From: Marispirochaeta sp.
GTDB lineage: Bacteria > Spirochaetota > Spirochaetia > JC444 > Marispirochaetaceae
NCBI GenBank assembly: GCA_963676835.2
Contig: CAXXFF010000002.1
Location: 1,568,001-1,632,000, forward strand
Direction of reading: 5' to 3'
DNA: 64,000 nt
Positions 1-9,393 of this stretch are shown here, piece after piece (position 1 is the first letter of the stretch; every line of letters begins with the position of its first letter). Position numbers and translations under genes: made by a program. The notes below the pieces were generated by a model, which saw nothing but the letters and a program-made list of their open reading frames with translations, searched no databases and had not been told where the DNA came from.

Positions 1-2051
1 ATCTCCGCAATATGGCCCAGTCTCTGGTTGAGATCATCCACAGCGCTGTTTATGGAAACGGCAGACTCGTCAACTATACTATTCAGCTCTCTGAGCTCGT
101 AAATTGCTTCTACTGTCTGCCTGCTTCCGGCGGACATCTCATTCAACTGTCCTATCATCTCATGGAGAGCTCCGGTGAGTTCCATGAAGCCGTTAATCAT
201 AGTCCCGTATATATGCTCTGAATTCTCCGTACTTTCCACGGTATGACGAACTTCACTGGTTATTTTTGAAAGTGCATCTTCCACGTTCTGGGTGCTTTCT
301 CCGGCAGCTTCCGCAAGTTTCTTTATCTCTTCGGCGACCACACTGAATCCTTTTCCAGCTTCGCCGGCGTGGGCTGCTTCAATTGAGGCGTTCATTGAGA
401 GGATATTGGTTCTTGAGGCAACGTTCTCAATCATCTCCATCATTTCACCAATCTGGGTAATATGATTTTCGGTCTGGGTAATTGCCTGTATGGTCTCTTT
501 GATCTCTTCTTCACTGGTCTTGGCCATATTGGCCATTTCTGAAATCGATGCATCCCGTTCTGAAGAGATTCTTGAGATATTCTGAATCCCGGCGGTCATC
601 TCTTCTATGGCAGAGGAGAATTCAACCAGCGCGGCGGTCTGATTGTGTACACTGTTCACCACTCTGCCTGTGGCCTGCTGGACCTGCTGAATAATATGAT
701 TCAGGTTGGTGATCATGCAGTAGATGGTCTCATACTCTTTTGTAACAGCAGCCACTGCCTTCTCACGGTAATCGTGACAGTTTCCAGGCTTATTCAGGCC
801 GTTGAAAATGGCTTCTGCCATAGCCTCGCAGCTGTTGTATCCACAGGAGGCACACTGCAGATAATCCTCTTCCTTTGTTTTTTTCATTTCCTTGTAGACT
901 GCATCAAGCTGTTTGCTGTCCGGAATCTTGTAATTCTTCAAGAGGGCTGATTTATCCTGATAGCCCCGGTGGTAGAGTTCTTTATACCAGTACTTGTCCA
1001 GTACCTTGTTGACCAGCTTTTTCCGCTTCTTTTCAGATATATTCCTGGTAGAATAATCTGCCTTGGCTTCCTTCATGCGCTTTTCAATGTAATATTCAAC
1101 TTCATCAATCGCCTTTTCCTGATTCAGGGTTCCCGGGCCGCCGTTACAGCCCATTTCGCAGTTCAGACAGTCGATGAGCAGAGGGTTCATTCCCTTTTTA
1201 AGCAGGTCCGGTAATTTTTTCATATATTCATAGACAATATCCGGCCCCTCTATACGGCGGATACGGCTCATAATTTCCGGTGTTTCGCGCTCCACGGTAC
1301 GCATCAGTCCTCCCGGGCTTGAGAAGAGTACCGCTCGCTCGGCCGGAGGATTGATAAAGTCCTCTTCCGGATATTTTGCCAGGTTAATATTGTTGGTTTC
1401 GATATATTTTGCGAAGGACTTATAGGTAACATTAAAGTCGCCAATGCCGGTGTCGGCGAATTCCCTCTTTTTTGCCAGGCAGGGGGAGAGGGCAAGAATT
1501 TTCATATGACTGTATTCGGGGTAATACTCCCGGATCATCTTCATTATATGCAGCATGGGGCTGTCTGCAGGTGCCAGGTAGGGAATAAGTTCCGGCTGGA
1601 AGGTTTCAATATAAGAGACGATTGCAGGACAGGGCTGGGCGATCACCATTTCCGGCTGCGTATCGTTGATGTAATTAACATAGGACTTTACGGTCAGCTC
1701 TGCGCCGAAACTTACGTCGAAGATTGCCTTGACGCCCAGGGACTTAACCCAGCCGAAAAAGTTCTTATACTGCCCGGGAAAATTGGCGGCCACTGCGGGA
1801 GCTGCTATGGCAAGAACCTCTTCCCCCTTTTTCAGGGACTCCATCATCAGGTCAAAGTCGTCGCAGATATTGCGGGCGTCGTGCTGGCAGGCGGTTATGC
1901 ATTTTCCGCAGCCGATGCAGAGATCGTGGTTTATTTCCACATGGTTACCGCTGCCGTTCATACAGGATTTTACCGGGCATGCGGATATGCACATATGGCA
2001 GTTAACGCATTTATCTGGATCAACACTGATAACCTGGGGCACCGTAAACAT
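1..2051 (-). CDS. Group C (sensory) [FeFe]-hydrogenase fused to a methyl-accepting chemotaxis signalling domain; 3' end outside the window
   Basis: Hand translation from ATG at 2051 (AGGAG RBS). It shows 2x[4Fe-4S] motifs (CVNCHMCISACP, CIGCGKCITAC), H-cluster motifs AQPCPA, SPCLAKKREF and DCLNCEMGCNGGPG, an FeS domain (CASCGYNSCEAMA..NC), then the MCP hairpin RTNILSMNASIEAAHAGEAGKGFSVVAEEIKKLA. All motifs were checked to be in one frame. The ORF track lacks it because there is no stop in the window. Confidence 0.92.
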   Translation of the reverse strand, partial: MFTVPQVISVDPDKCVNCHMCISACPVKSCMNGSGNHVEINHDLCIGCGKCITACQHDARNICDDFDLMMESLKKGEEVLAIAAPAVAANFPGQYKNFFGWVKSLGVKAIFDVSFGAELTVKSYVNYINDTQPEMVIAQPCPAIVSYIETFQPELIPYLAPADSPMLHIMKMIREYYPEYSHMKILALSPCLAKKREFADTGIGDFNVTYKSFAKYIETNNINLAKYPEEDFINPPAERAVLFSSPGGLMRTVERETPEIMSRIRRIEGPDIVYEYMKKLPDLLKKGMNPLLIDCLNCEMGCNGGPGTLNQEKAIDEVEYYIEKRMKEAKADYSTRNISEKKRKKLVNKVLDKYWYKELYHRGYQDKSALLKNYKIPDSKQLDAVYKEMKKTKEEDYLQCASCGYNSCEAMAEAIFNGLNKPGNCHDYREKAVAAVTKEYETIYCMITNLNHIIQQVQQATGRVVNSVHNQTAALVEFSSAIEEMTAGIQNISRISSERDASISEMANMAKTSEEEIKETIQAITQTENHITQIGEMMEMIENVASRTNILSMNASIEAAHAGEAGKGFSVVAEEIKKLAEAAGESTQNVEDALSKITSEVRHTVESTENSEHIYGTMINGFMELTGALHEMIGQLNEMSAGSRQTVEAIYELRELNSIVDESAVSINSAVDDLNQRLGHIAE

Positions 2052-2318
2052 AGCAAATCTCCTATTCAAATCAAGCGTAGTAAAATGCCTCTGGGTTTGC
2101 AAATCCCGGGGAACTTTTGCTGCTGAAAATCAGTGTTTGGTAATGCTTACATATATGGTAAACTAAAGGTGTATGAAAACCGTGATACGCCGGAGGCTCT
2201 GGTGGATCTGTTGGAAGACCTGCCGCTCTGAATTATCTGTATTATCCTACCATTCAATCCCCGTATCTCTTGAAATTTTTGAAACCGGGTAAGCCCGGGA
2301 AAAGGTGGTTAAAAGCAT

Positions 2319-3290
2319 ATGAAAGCGGTGGAATGCAAAAGGTATGGCACACCGGAAAATCTTGAGATTATTGATGTGGAAAAACCGGTTCCCGGTGCAA
2401 ACGAGGTTCTTGTCAGAGTACATGCCGCATCGATTACCTATTCCAATCTTATACTGATCCGCGGGAAACCCTTTATTGCCAGGATGATGGGGCTTGGACT
2501 GATGCGGCCGAAGTTCAGAATTCTTGGAAGCGATGTTGCCGGGGTTATTGAGTCGGTCGGGGCAGACGTCTCTTCCCTAAAGCCGGGGGACGAAGTTTTT
2601 GGTGATTTATCCAATGCTTCCAGGGGAAGCTTCGCCGAGTTTGTGTGTGCCCCGGAGAACGCCCTTGCCCTCAAGCCGGCCAACGCAGATTTTGTTCAGG
2701 CGGCGGCACTGCCGGAGGCGTCTCTTGTGGCCCTGCAGGCCCTTCGCGACCATGGGAAGATCCGTGCAGGGATGGAGGTGCTGATTTACGGGGCATCCGG
2801 TGGAATTGGATCGTATGCGGTTCAGCTGGCCCGCTATTTCGGGGCCCATGTTACCGCTGTATGCGGCCCTTCAAATTTGGAGGTGGTGAAATCCCTGGGG
2901 GCAGACCAGGTTATTGATTATACAAAAGATGACTTTGTCTCTTCGGGAGCCCGGTATGATTTAATTGTTTCAACCGCAGGCTACCGGCATATCCGGGATT
3001 ATAAAAAGGCTCTTAACCCTGAGGGTATATATGTTTCCACCGGCGGCCATATGAAGCAGATTTTTCAGGCAATGCTTTTGGGTCCTCTGTATTCCGAGAA
3101 AAAGGGAAGAAAGCTTGGGAGTATGCTGGTTAAGATAAATGAAGGTCTGGATACAATTCGTACCCTCTATGAGGAAGGACATTTGAAGACCCTTGTACAT
3201 AAGGTATATTCTCTTGATCAGGCAGTTGAGGCATTTACTGAATACAGCAAGGGGCATACCCGGGGAAAAATGGTATTTGCCATAAAATAG
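2319..3290 (+). CDS. NAD(P)-dependent MDR-family oxidoreductase (Zn-independent, quinone oxidoreductase-like)
   Basis: GSDVAGVI, GASGGIG nucleotide-binding motif, GHTRGKMV C-terminus. Confidence 0.85.
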   Translation: MKAVECKRYGTPENLEIIDVEKPVPGANEVLVRVHAASITYSNLILIRGKPFIARMMGLGLMRPKFRILGSDVAGVIESVGADVSSLKPGDEVFGDLSNASRGSFAEFVCAPENALALKPANADFVQAAALPEASLVALQALRDHGKIRAGMEVLIYGASGGIGSYAVQLARYFGAHVTAVCGPSNLEVVKSLGADQVIDYTKDDFVSSGARYDLIVSTAGYRHIRDYKKALNPEGIYVSTGGHMKQIFQAMLLGPLYSEKKGRKLGSMLVKINEGLDTIRTLYEEGHLKTLVHKVYSLDQAVEAFTEYSKGHTRGKMVFAIK

Positions 3291-3326
3291 ACCAATTTAA
3301 AGACGAACAAAGAAAGAGGAATTTTA

Positions 3327-3509
3327 ATGAGTGAAAACGGAAAAAACGCCGGAAAAGAGAGCTGGGCAGTCGGCGGCGGGCTTCTTCTTGGAATGGGGAT
3401 CGGTTTTGTATTTCTGCCGAAGTCGGTCTGGATTTTTATAGGTCTTACTATTGCCGGCCTTGGATTCGGTCTGTTACTTGCTTCGCTGTTGTCTGCATTC
3501 AAAAAGTGA
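3327..3509 (+). CDS. Small two-TM membrane protein
   Basis: AGAGGA RBS, two Gly-rich hydrophobic helices, TGATG overlap with the next gene. Confidence 0.7.
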   Translation: MSENGKNAGKESWAVGGGLLLGMGIGFVFLPKSVWIFIGLTIAGLGFGLLLASLLSAFKK

Positions 3510-4018
3510 TGATTACAACAAAGAACCCCGATTTTTTTCTGCGACCTGCAAAGAAGCATGATGTTCCTTTAATTCTCTCTTTTATCCGGGAGCTGGCAGC
3601 TTTTGAAAAACTTGAGCATGAGGTGGAGGCCACGGAAGAGATTCTGGAAAACACTCTTTTTGGTGCGACACCCCATGGGGAAGTGCTGCTCGGGTACTAC
3701 CATGAGCAGCCTGTGGCCTTTGCACTTTTTTTCCATAATTTTTCCACCTTTTTGGGCCGGCCGGGTTTATATCTTGAAGACCTTTATGTGAAAAAAAAAT
3801 ATAGAGGCCAGGGCCTGGGAAAGATCATGCTTTCTTATCTTGCAGTTCTTGCAAAAAGCAGGGGATGCGGACGTTTCGAATGGTGGTGTCTGGACTGGAA
3901 CGAATCTGCCCTGGGCTTTTATCGTTCCCTGGGCGCAGTTCCCATGTCTGACTGGACGGTGCAGCGGGTCTCCGGAGAAGATCTTGATCTTTTAGCCAAT
4001 AGCTTTGGCGGGGCCTGA
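3509..4018 (+). CDS. GNAT N-acetyltransferase (diamine/polyamine acetyltransferase-like)
   Basis: FSTFLGRPGLYLEDLYV, RGQGLG acetyl-CoA motif, CLDWNESALGFY. Confidence 0.88.
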   Translation: MITTKNPDFFLRPAKKHDVPLILSFIRELAAFEKLEHEVEATEEILENTLFGATPHGEVLLGYYHEQPVAFALFFHNFSTFLGRPGLYLEDLYVKKKYRGQGLGKIMLSYLAVLAKSRGCGRFEWWCLDWNESALGFYRSLGAVPMSDWTVQRVSGEDLDLLANSFGGA

Positions 4019-4541
4019 AGTGTATATTCGCCAATGTACCCGGGATGATCTGGAAGAACTTATCCGCATAGGGCGGGAAACCTACTATGATGCTTTTCAT
4101 TCTCTGAACAGAGCGGAAACCATGGATGCTTACCTGAATGAGTCTTTCGACCGGGAAAAAATTAAAGCTGAACTGGCTGAACCTGCGTCCCGCTTCTATT
4201 TCTGTTTTACCGACTCCGAAGCAGCTCTTCCATCAGGATATTTCAAAATCAACTTTCCTTCCGCCCAGACAGATTTGAACGAACCGGGGTCGGTGGAACT
4301 CGAACGGATTTATGTACGAGCTGAATATCAGGGTAACGGCATTGGCGCAGGTATTATGTCTCATGTTGAGAGCATAGCCCGAACTTCAGGTGCCTCCCGT
4401 ATCTGGCTGGGTGTGTGGGAAAAGAATACCGCTGCCATCTCTTTTTACAAAAAATCAGGTTTTGTCATTACCGGAAATCACAGCTTTGTCATGGGCAATG
4501 AAGTCCAGGATGATTATATAATGACCAGGAAACTTATATGA
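4005..4541 (+). CDS. GNAT N-acetyltransferase (PaiA-like); start uncertain
   Basis: ELERIYV..QGNGIG, WLGVWEKN..AISFYKK.GF, FVMGNEVQDDYIM. Confidence 0.85.
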   Translation: MAGPEVYIRQCTRDDLEELIRIGRETYYDAFHSLNRAETMDAYLNESFDREKIKAELAEPASRFYFCFTDSEAALPSGYFKINFPSAQTDLNEPGSVELERIYVRAEYQGNGIGAGIMSHVESIARTSGASRIWLGVWEKNTAAISFYKKSGFVITGNHSFVMGNEVQDDYIMTRKLI

Positions 4542-4650
4542 AATTCCAGAAAAGTCCAGGTCTCATCCTGAAGCCTGATTTACGGGCAACAGTCGACACT
4601 GATCTATATGGCAGTATCAGATGTAATTCACCGGCAATGGAGAAAAGGTA

Positions 4651-5235
4651 ATGAACCGGAAAAAAATCGTAACCTTTCTATTTGTTTTCTCTATGTTATT
4701 TGTATTTTCAGGTCTTTGCAGTGCCCTGGAGGTTAGTGCCGGCTATAGTCTCGCTTTCACTCTGCATGAACTTCCTGCATCTGAAATAGATCATGCATTC
4801 AATGATCTGCCCGGAGGAGGACATAGCTCTTTCTTCTTTTTCGAAATACCAGTAACAGGAATATTATATGCGTCCATGAGCCCCGGGGCCATGAATTATG
4901 AATCGGGAGAAGGACAGCTGCATGTACAGTACAATCTTCTCTCTATGGGAATAAAAACGGAAACCAGTATATTTCCTGTTGCCGGAGGTGGTCTGGGAGG
5001 ATGTATTCTGACACTGACGGACGGCAGTGGAAGTTCTGGAGAAACGGTTTCCGGATACTACCTTAAGAATTCCGTTTTTATATGGACAGCCTATGCCGGC
5101 GCAGGTTACCGTTTCGAGAGCGGTATCGAGATTATTTTGGAGGGCCGCGGCTTTGGATTCTTTGATCCGGCACTGCTGCACCTTAACTCGATGAATGTGG
5201 GTACCCGTTTGACGGTGCCCCTTGGCGGAAAATAG
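4651..5235 (+). CDS. Exported hypothetical protein, possible small outer-membrane beta-barrel
   Basis: Signal peptide followed by alternating aromatic/Gly beta-strand pattern (AYAGAGYRF). Confidence 0.55.
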   Translation: MNRKKIVTFLFVFSMLFVFSGLCSALEVSAGYSLAFTLHELPASEIDHAFNDLPGGGHSSFFFFEIPVTGILYASMSPGAMNYESGEGQLHVQYNLLSMGIKTETSIFPVAGGGLGGCILTLTDGSGSSGETVSGYYLKNSVFIWTAYAGAGYRFESGIEIILEGRGFGFFDPALLHLNSMNVGTRLTVPLGGK

Positions 5236-5248
5236 TAATGGAGTAATA

Positions 5249-6175
5249 ATGCTGCAATCCATATTCTCAACCATCCTGGGAGTTATTATTCCCATCTCAA
5301 TTCCGGTACTCTGCGGGGTTGTTCTGACAAAGTTTAGAAATCTTCAGACAAAACCTCTTCTTACTGTTGCTCTCTATATAATGAGCCCGGCGATTATTTT
5401 TAAGACCCTGCTCAATGCTCAGGTGAGTATGGGGGATTTCTATTCTGTTCTGGCATTTACCCTGCTGAATGTTTTTCTCCTTTGGCTGACGGCAAAAATA
5501 ACTGCCAGGGCTTTCAGGCTGAATGAAGCTGAAACTGCCGGTCTAACCCTGGTTTCTACTCTGACCAACTGCGTGAATTACGGACTGCCCCTTATTCTGC
5601 TCGCCTTTGGCGAAGCTGGCCTTGCCAGGGCGTCGGTCTATGTGGTGCTTATGATGATTATTACCCACACTGTTGGAATCTACTTTGCAGCCCGTTCTCA
5701 GTTTTCCGGAAAAAACGCCGTAAAGTCGGTTTTTTCTCTGCCCGCAGCCTATGCGGCCCTGGCTGCCATTATCCTCCGGGTAACTGGCTTTGAATTTCCA
5801 TCCGGCGTTATGAAAGGCATAACACTTCTTTCCAACGGCTACTCGCCGGTGGTTCTGATTATTCTCGGCGCCCAGATGGTGGGGGTAAAAACATCCGGTC
5901 TGGCACGGGACGGGCGCATTGCCTTCACCGCAGGCATGCTCCTGCGCATGGTGGCGTCTCCCCTTATTGCCCTGCTCCTACTGTTTGTCTTAAGAATAGA
6001 CGGACTGCTGCGGTCGGTACTGTTTATTGAAGCAGCCCTGCCGGTGGCGATTAATGCGGTTATTCTTGCGGAGCGTTTTGACGCGGCTGAAAAAACTGTT
6101 TCCAATACCATTCTCTGGTCGACCCTGCTTTCATTTGCCGTGCTGCCTTTTCTTATTGTCTGGGTGGCAGGGTAA
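5249..6175 (+). CDS. AEC (auxin efflux carrier/malate permease) family transporter
   Basis: About 10 TM segments; SPAIIF, NCVNYGLP and AALPVAINAVILAERF motifs; GGAG RBS before ATG 5249. Confidence 0.85.
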   Translation: MLQSIFSTILGVIIPISIPVLCGVVLTKFRNLQTKPLLTVALYIMSPAIIFKTLLNAQVSMGDFYSVLAFTLLNVFLLWLTAKITARAFRLNEAETAGLTLVSTLTNCVNYGLPLILLAFGEAGLARASVYVVLMMIITHTVGIYFAARSQFSGKNAVKSVFSLPAAYAALAAIILRVTGFEFPSGVMKGITLLSNGYSPVVLIILGAQMVGVKTSGLARDGRIAFTAGMLLRMVASPLIALLLLFVLRIDGLLRSVLFIEAALPVAINAVILAERFDAAEKTVSNTILWSTLLSFAVLPFLIVWVAG

Positions 6176-6214
6176 AAGTATCCGGGGCACTTTGGGATAC
6201 CCCGGGTGCAGTTT

Positions 6215-6799
6215 TTACCATCGTATGTAGTCGAAATAAATATCTCCTACCCAGTTGGTGGAATTGGCATAGTCCTTTTTGGACAGCTGGAAGCAAATGG
6301 TTGTGCATCCGGACCAGTCACTTCCTCCGGTGAAGGAAATGGTCTGCCATCCCTGGCCTTCAATGTCACTACCGTTAACACTGCTCCAGCCGAATACCCC
6401 GCCGCTGTCCGGGCGTTGCACTATCATCGAAATCTTGTATTCGTCTGAGATTGCAGACAGAGCAGCAGGGACAAAGAGCGAGATATATACTGGATCATCT
6501 GCCAGGTCCTGCGGATCTGATGAAAAGGATCGGCGAATCGTGGCTTTCTGATTTGTTGTCCCGGTAAATTCGCAGGTAACTTTCATTGAACCCGATCCGG
6601 TATAAGCCTGTTCTGTACTTTGTGAGATATCATCGGCTTCCAGCGGGTACTCATAACTCCAGCTCTCGAGATCTGATTCAAAATCATAAACTATTGCGAA
6701 TGAGGGAGTAGTGTCTGTTCCGGCACTGCTATTTTGGCAGCCTGAAAAAAGAATCGCAAAAGGTAGCAGGATCATAAAAAGGGTAATCTTTGTTTTCAT
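6215..6799 (-). CDS. Lipoprotein with a carbohydrate-binding-module-like beta-sandwich
   Basis: Lipobox LFSGC; YDFE..LESW start, AYTGSGSMKV, and a DIYFDYIRW end typical of CBM jelly rolls. Confidence 0.65.
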   Translation of the reverse strand: MKTKITLFMILLPFAILFSGCQNSSAGTDTTPSFAIVYDFESDLESWSYEYPLEADDISQSTEQAYTGSGSMKVTCEFTGTTNQKATIRRSFSSDPQDLADDPVYISLFVPAALSAISDEYKISMIVQRPDSGGVFGWSSVNGSDIEGQGWQTISFTGGSDWSGCTTICFQLSKKDYANSTNWVGDIYFDYIRW

Positions 6800-7099
6800 G
6801 TTGTCTCCATGTTTTAATAATTTTTCTTGATATTTACTGTGATAATTTAACACGCTTGGCCATGATTTAAAGGAAAAAAGAAAGGTTATTTAATTTCTGC
6901 AATTTAATACTTTCGGCTGATCCCTGCTTGGTTGTCCGGTTTCATTTCTGTAAATTGACGGTCTGAGAGACGGGACTATATATGGGCATCCCGGCCGGCA
7001 TAAGTCTGGCGGCTTTCTATATTTTGCTCGGCCAAAGTGCAAGCTCATGGGTTGTTGGTGTTGAGGGTGATCTGGTAAAGCCTGAGGGATAAAGATCTC

Positions 7100-7603
7100 C
7101 TACAGGTAAACCACCAGCTCATCCAGGGGCTTTCTGTTTTTTGCCGGCGGTTCCTTGTCCGGATAGCCCACGGGTGTAAAAGCCAGGGGTTCCCAGTCGG
7201 AGCCCAGGCCGGCAAAATCCCTGGCTTTCTGCGGATCAAAAGCGCCTATCCAGCATGTCCCCAGGCCTAATGAGGCTGCTGCGAGTATCATATGGTCCAT
7301 TACTATTGTGGCATCCACATCAGCATAATTTTTACTGTCCATTCTGGACCATGCATCTGAGGGGTTGGCATATACTCCCAGAACATAGGGTGCTGCTGTA
7401 AAGAACGAGCGGGGATAGATCTCTTTCAGGGTTTCCAGATGGTCGGTAGTTCTGATTACCACTACCTTGTAGGGCTGCAGATTACAGGCTGTGGGGGCGA
7501 GCCGGGCGGCTTCAAGGATTGCATCCAGTTTCTCCTGCTCCACAGGCGCATCGGTGTATCTTCGTACGCTGAAACGATTTCTGATTACTTCAAGACAATC
7601 CAT
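7100..7603 (-). CDS. Nitroreductase family protein
   Basis: RFSVRRY, APTACNLQP, LGLGTCWIGAFD; GGAGG RBS before ATG 7603. Confidence 0.9.
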   Translation of the reverse strand: MDCLEVIRNRFSVRRYTDAPVEQEKLDAILEAARLAPTACNLQPYKVVVIRTTDHLETLKEIYPRSFFTAAPYVLGVYANPSDAWSRMDSKNYADVDATIVMDHMILAAASLGLGTCWIGAFDPQKARDFAGLGSDWEPLAFTPVGYPDKEPPAKNRKPLDELVVYL

Positions 7604-7651
7604 AGGAACCTCCATGCGTGTCTCTTATTACACCTTTTCCGCCTGAATATG

Positions 7652-8809
7652 TCAAAGGGGGAGATTCTGAATGTAGCGGATAACTTCCCTGTCCAGAGGA
7701 AAGAGCGCTTTCTCCGGGCGGGATACAAGCTTTCGCTTTTTAAAATCCTCTTCCGGGATTGCCACGGTAACACCGAAGGGGGTTGGTATTTCCACGATCG
7801 CTCCCTTAACCCGGACATGAGTCCCGTCCAGCCCTAGAGCAGCTCTTCCGGATTCAGATATATCCCTGCGGTTTTGAAGCCGTTTTCTTTTCTCTTTCCA
7901 GCAGACAAGCCGGCAGAACCCGCAGACCGTGTAGTAAAACCAGTCAGGATTGAATACGGCATTCCGGTAGTCTGCAAAGCTGTTGTCCGGGTTTTCCATC
8001 TGGGGGTCCAGTTTCTGCAGAGCTATGCAAAGCGTATCGAGTTCGTTTTTTGTTGCTGGAAGTTTCTTATCCAGCCGGTAGGGACTCCAGTTTGACCATT
8101 TTTCTGATGAAGAGAGTCCTTCATAGCCGGTGCAGCCGATCCAGCAGCAGGTGTTCGGCTGCTTTTCAGCAATGTGTTCAACAAGGCCTGCTATCTGAAC
8201 CTCTTTTCCGCTTTTTGCCGGCACCATTTCTACCGGGCAGACTGCACTGCACATGCGGCAGCCGTCGCAGGGATGTTCTGCATCGGGGATCAGGGCATCC
8301 GGCGTAAGCGGGGCTGTTGTAATGACACTTCCCAATTCCACCAGGGCGCCGTATTTCGGGGTCATGAGGTTCCCGCTCCAGCCCAGGCGTCCGATTCCGG
8401 CAGCCACTGCGGCGTACCGGTGAGAAAACTCCGGCAGGAAATCTGTCATCTCTGTAACATCAGCGGCCCCCGCTTCCGGCCGGTAGTTGTTGTTTATATC
8501 TACGTTGACAGATGAATAGCCTGCATCATGAAGAATCTTTACCAGGGTGTCCCCCAGTGTATAGAGCCGTTTTACCGCTTCCTTGCGGTTTTCACAGTGA
8601 TTATTCCAGGATTCCTTGGTGAGAAAACTGTGAATATGTTCTTTCCTGAGAGGCAGTGCCAGAGCGATGACCGACTTTGCCCCGGGCAGCAGATATTCCG
8701 GATCACCCGAGGGAGGTGCATCTTTCAGGCGTGCGGTGGAAGTGAACCCCGCCAAACAGCCATGTTTCTCCGCGGTGGCCTTCACTAACTCTTCAAGTCC
8801 GCTTATCAT
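7652..8809 (-). CDS. Epoxyqueuosine reductase/reductive dehalogenase-like cobalamin-Fe-S protein
   Basis: LLPGAKSVIALALP, SHRYAAVAAGIGRLGWSGNLMTPKYG, CDGCRMCSAVCP and a distal CGFCRLVC. Start trimmed to ATG 8809 to avoid overlapping the EIIA gene. Confidence 0.75.
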   Translation of the reverse strand: MISGLEELVKATAEKHGCLAGFTSTARLKDAPPSGDPEYLLPGAKSVIALALPLRKEHIHSFLTKESWNNHCENRKEAVKRLYTLGDTLVKILHDAGYSSVNVDINNNYRPEAGAADVTEMTDFLPEFSHRYAAVAAGIGRLGWSGNLMTPKYGALVELGSVITTAPLTPDALIPDAEHPCDGCRMCSAVCPVEMVPAKSGKEVQIAGLVEHIAEKQPNTCCWIGCTGYEGLSSSEKWSNWSPYRLDKKLPATKNELDTLCIALQKLDPQMENPDNSFADYRNAVFNPDWFYYTVCGFCRLVCWKEKRKRLQNRRDISESGRAALGLDGTHVRVKGAIVEIPTPFGVTVAIPEEDFKKRKLVSRPEKALFPLDREVIRYIQNLPL

Positions 8810-8879
8810 GTGTTCATGGTTCTTTAAATAACCATGGATGTCAAGGCGTTGCAGATAAAGTGGGGAGAGAAACAACTGT

Positions 8880-9329
8880 ATGGCATTAGCGGATAAGCTG
8901 AGCATAAAAATTATCAAGGCACCACTGGAGAGCTCAGAGAAGAGTGAGGTTATCCGTGAGCTTGTAGATGTGCTTCTTGAAGCAGGTCTTATAGAAGATG
9001 CCGAAGCTGCTCTTGATGTTGTAATCAAACGGGAAGAATCGGGCAGTACCGGGCTGGGCATGGGGATTGCCGTACCTCATGCGAAAACCGATATGGTTCC
9101 GGAATTCACCCTTGCCCTGGGTGTTGCTCCAGAAGGTATAGATTTTGACTCTCTGGACGGCCAGCCGGCAAAGCTTTTTTTCCTGATTCTTGTTCCCCCC
9201 AATATGCCCGGACCTCACAGTGATGCCCTTATGGAAATTGCCCGGATTTCTATGAACACTTCCCTGCTGAATACCCTCTGTGCTGCCCGGTCGGCAGAAG
9301 AGGTACTGGAGGCTTTTGCAGGTAGTTGA
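8880..9329 (+). CDS. PTS EIIA domain protein (fructose/mannitol/nitrogen type)
   Basis: REESGSTGLGMGIAVPHAK with the phospho-His; GIDFDSLDGQP. Confidence 0.9.
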   Translation: MALADKLSIKIIKAPLESSEKSEVIRELVDVLLEAGLIEDAEAALDVVIKREESGSTGLGMGIAVPHAKTDMVPEFTLALGVAPEGIDFDSLDGQPAKLFFLILVPPNMPGPHSDALMEIARISMNTSLLNTLCAARSAEEVLEAFAGS

Positions 9330-9393
9330 TTTTACTGTTTCCGGTTTTTCTGGTTGGTAATCTTTCTTTTCAGGTGTAGTATTAAAAAAGTTA

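Noticed and set aside
12..2166. Several plus-strand ORFs (69-206 aa) in the ORF track
   Set aside because: They are antisense shadows of the hydrogenase-MCP gene and have no motifs. The same applies to the many short antisense ORFs over clpB, MMPL, ilvD and rpoB.
2173..2292. 39-codon Trp-rich ORF (MKTVIRRRLWWICW...) resembling a leader peptide
   Set aside because: RBS spacing is poor, no attenuator hairpin or U-tract follows, and the downstream gene is unrelated to Trp
6982..7092. 36-codon mildly hydrophobic ORF (MGIPAGISLAAFYILLG...)
   Set aside because: No recognisable family and a weak RBS; cannot be supported
8810..9061. Apparent 84-aa N-terminal extension of the QueG-like ORF overlapping EIIA
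   Set aside because: It is the antisense read of the EIIA gene; the internal ATG at 8809 is more plausible. Similar over-extensions occur for argH, rfuA (through the riboswitch), rfuC and the LolA-like gene.
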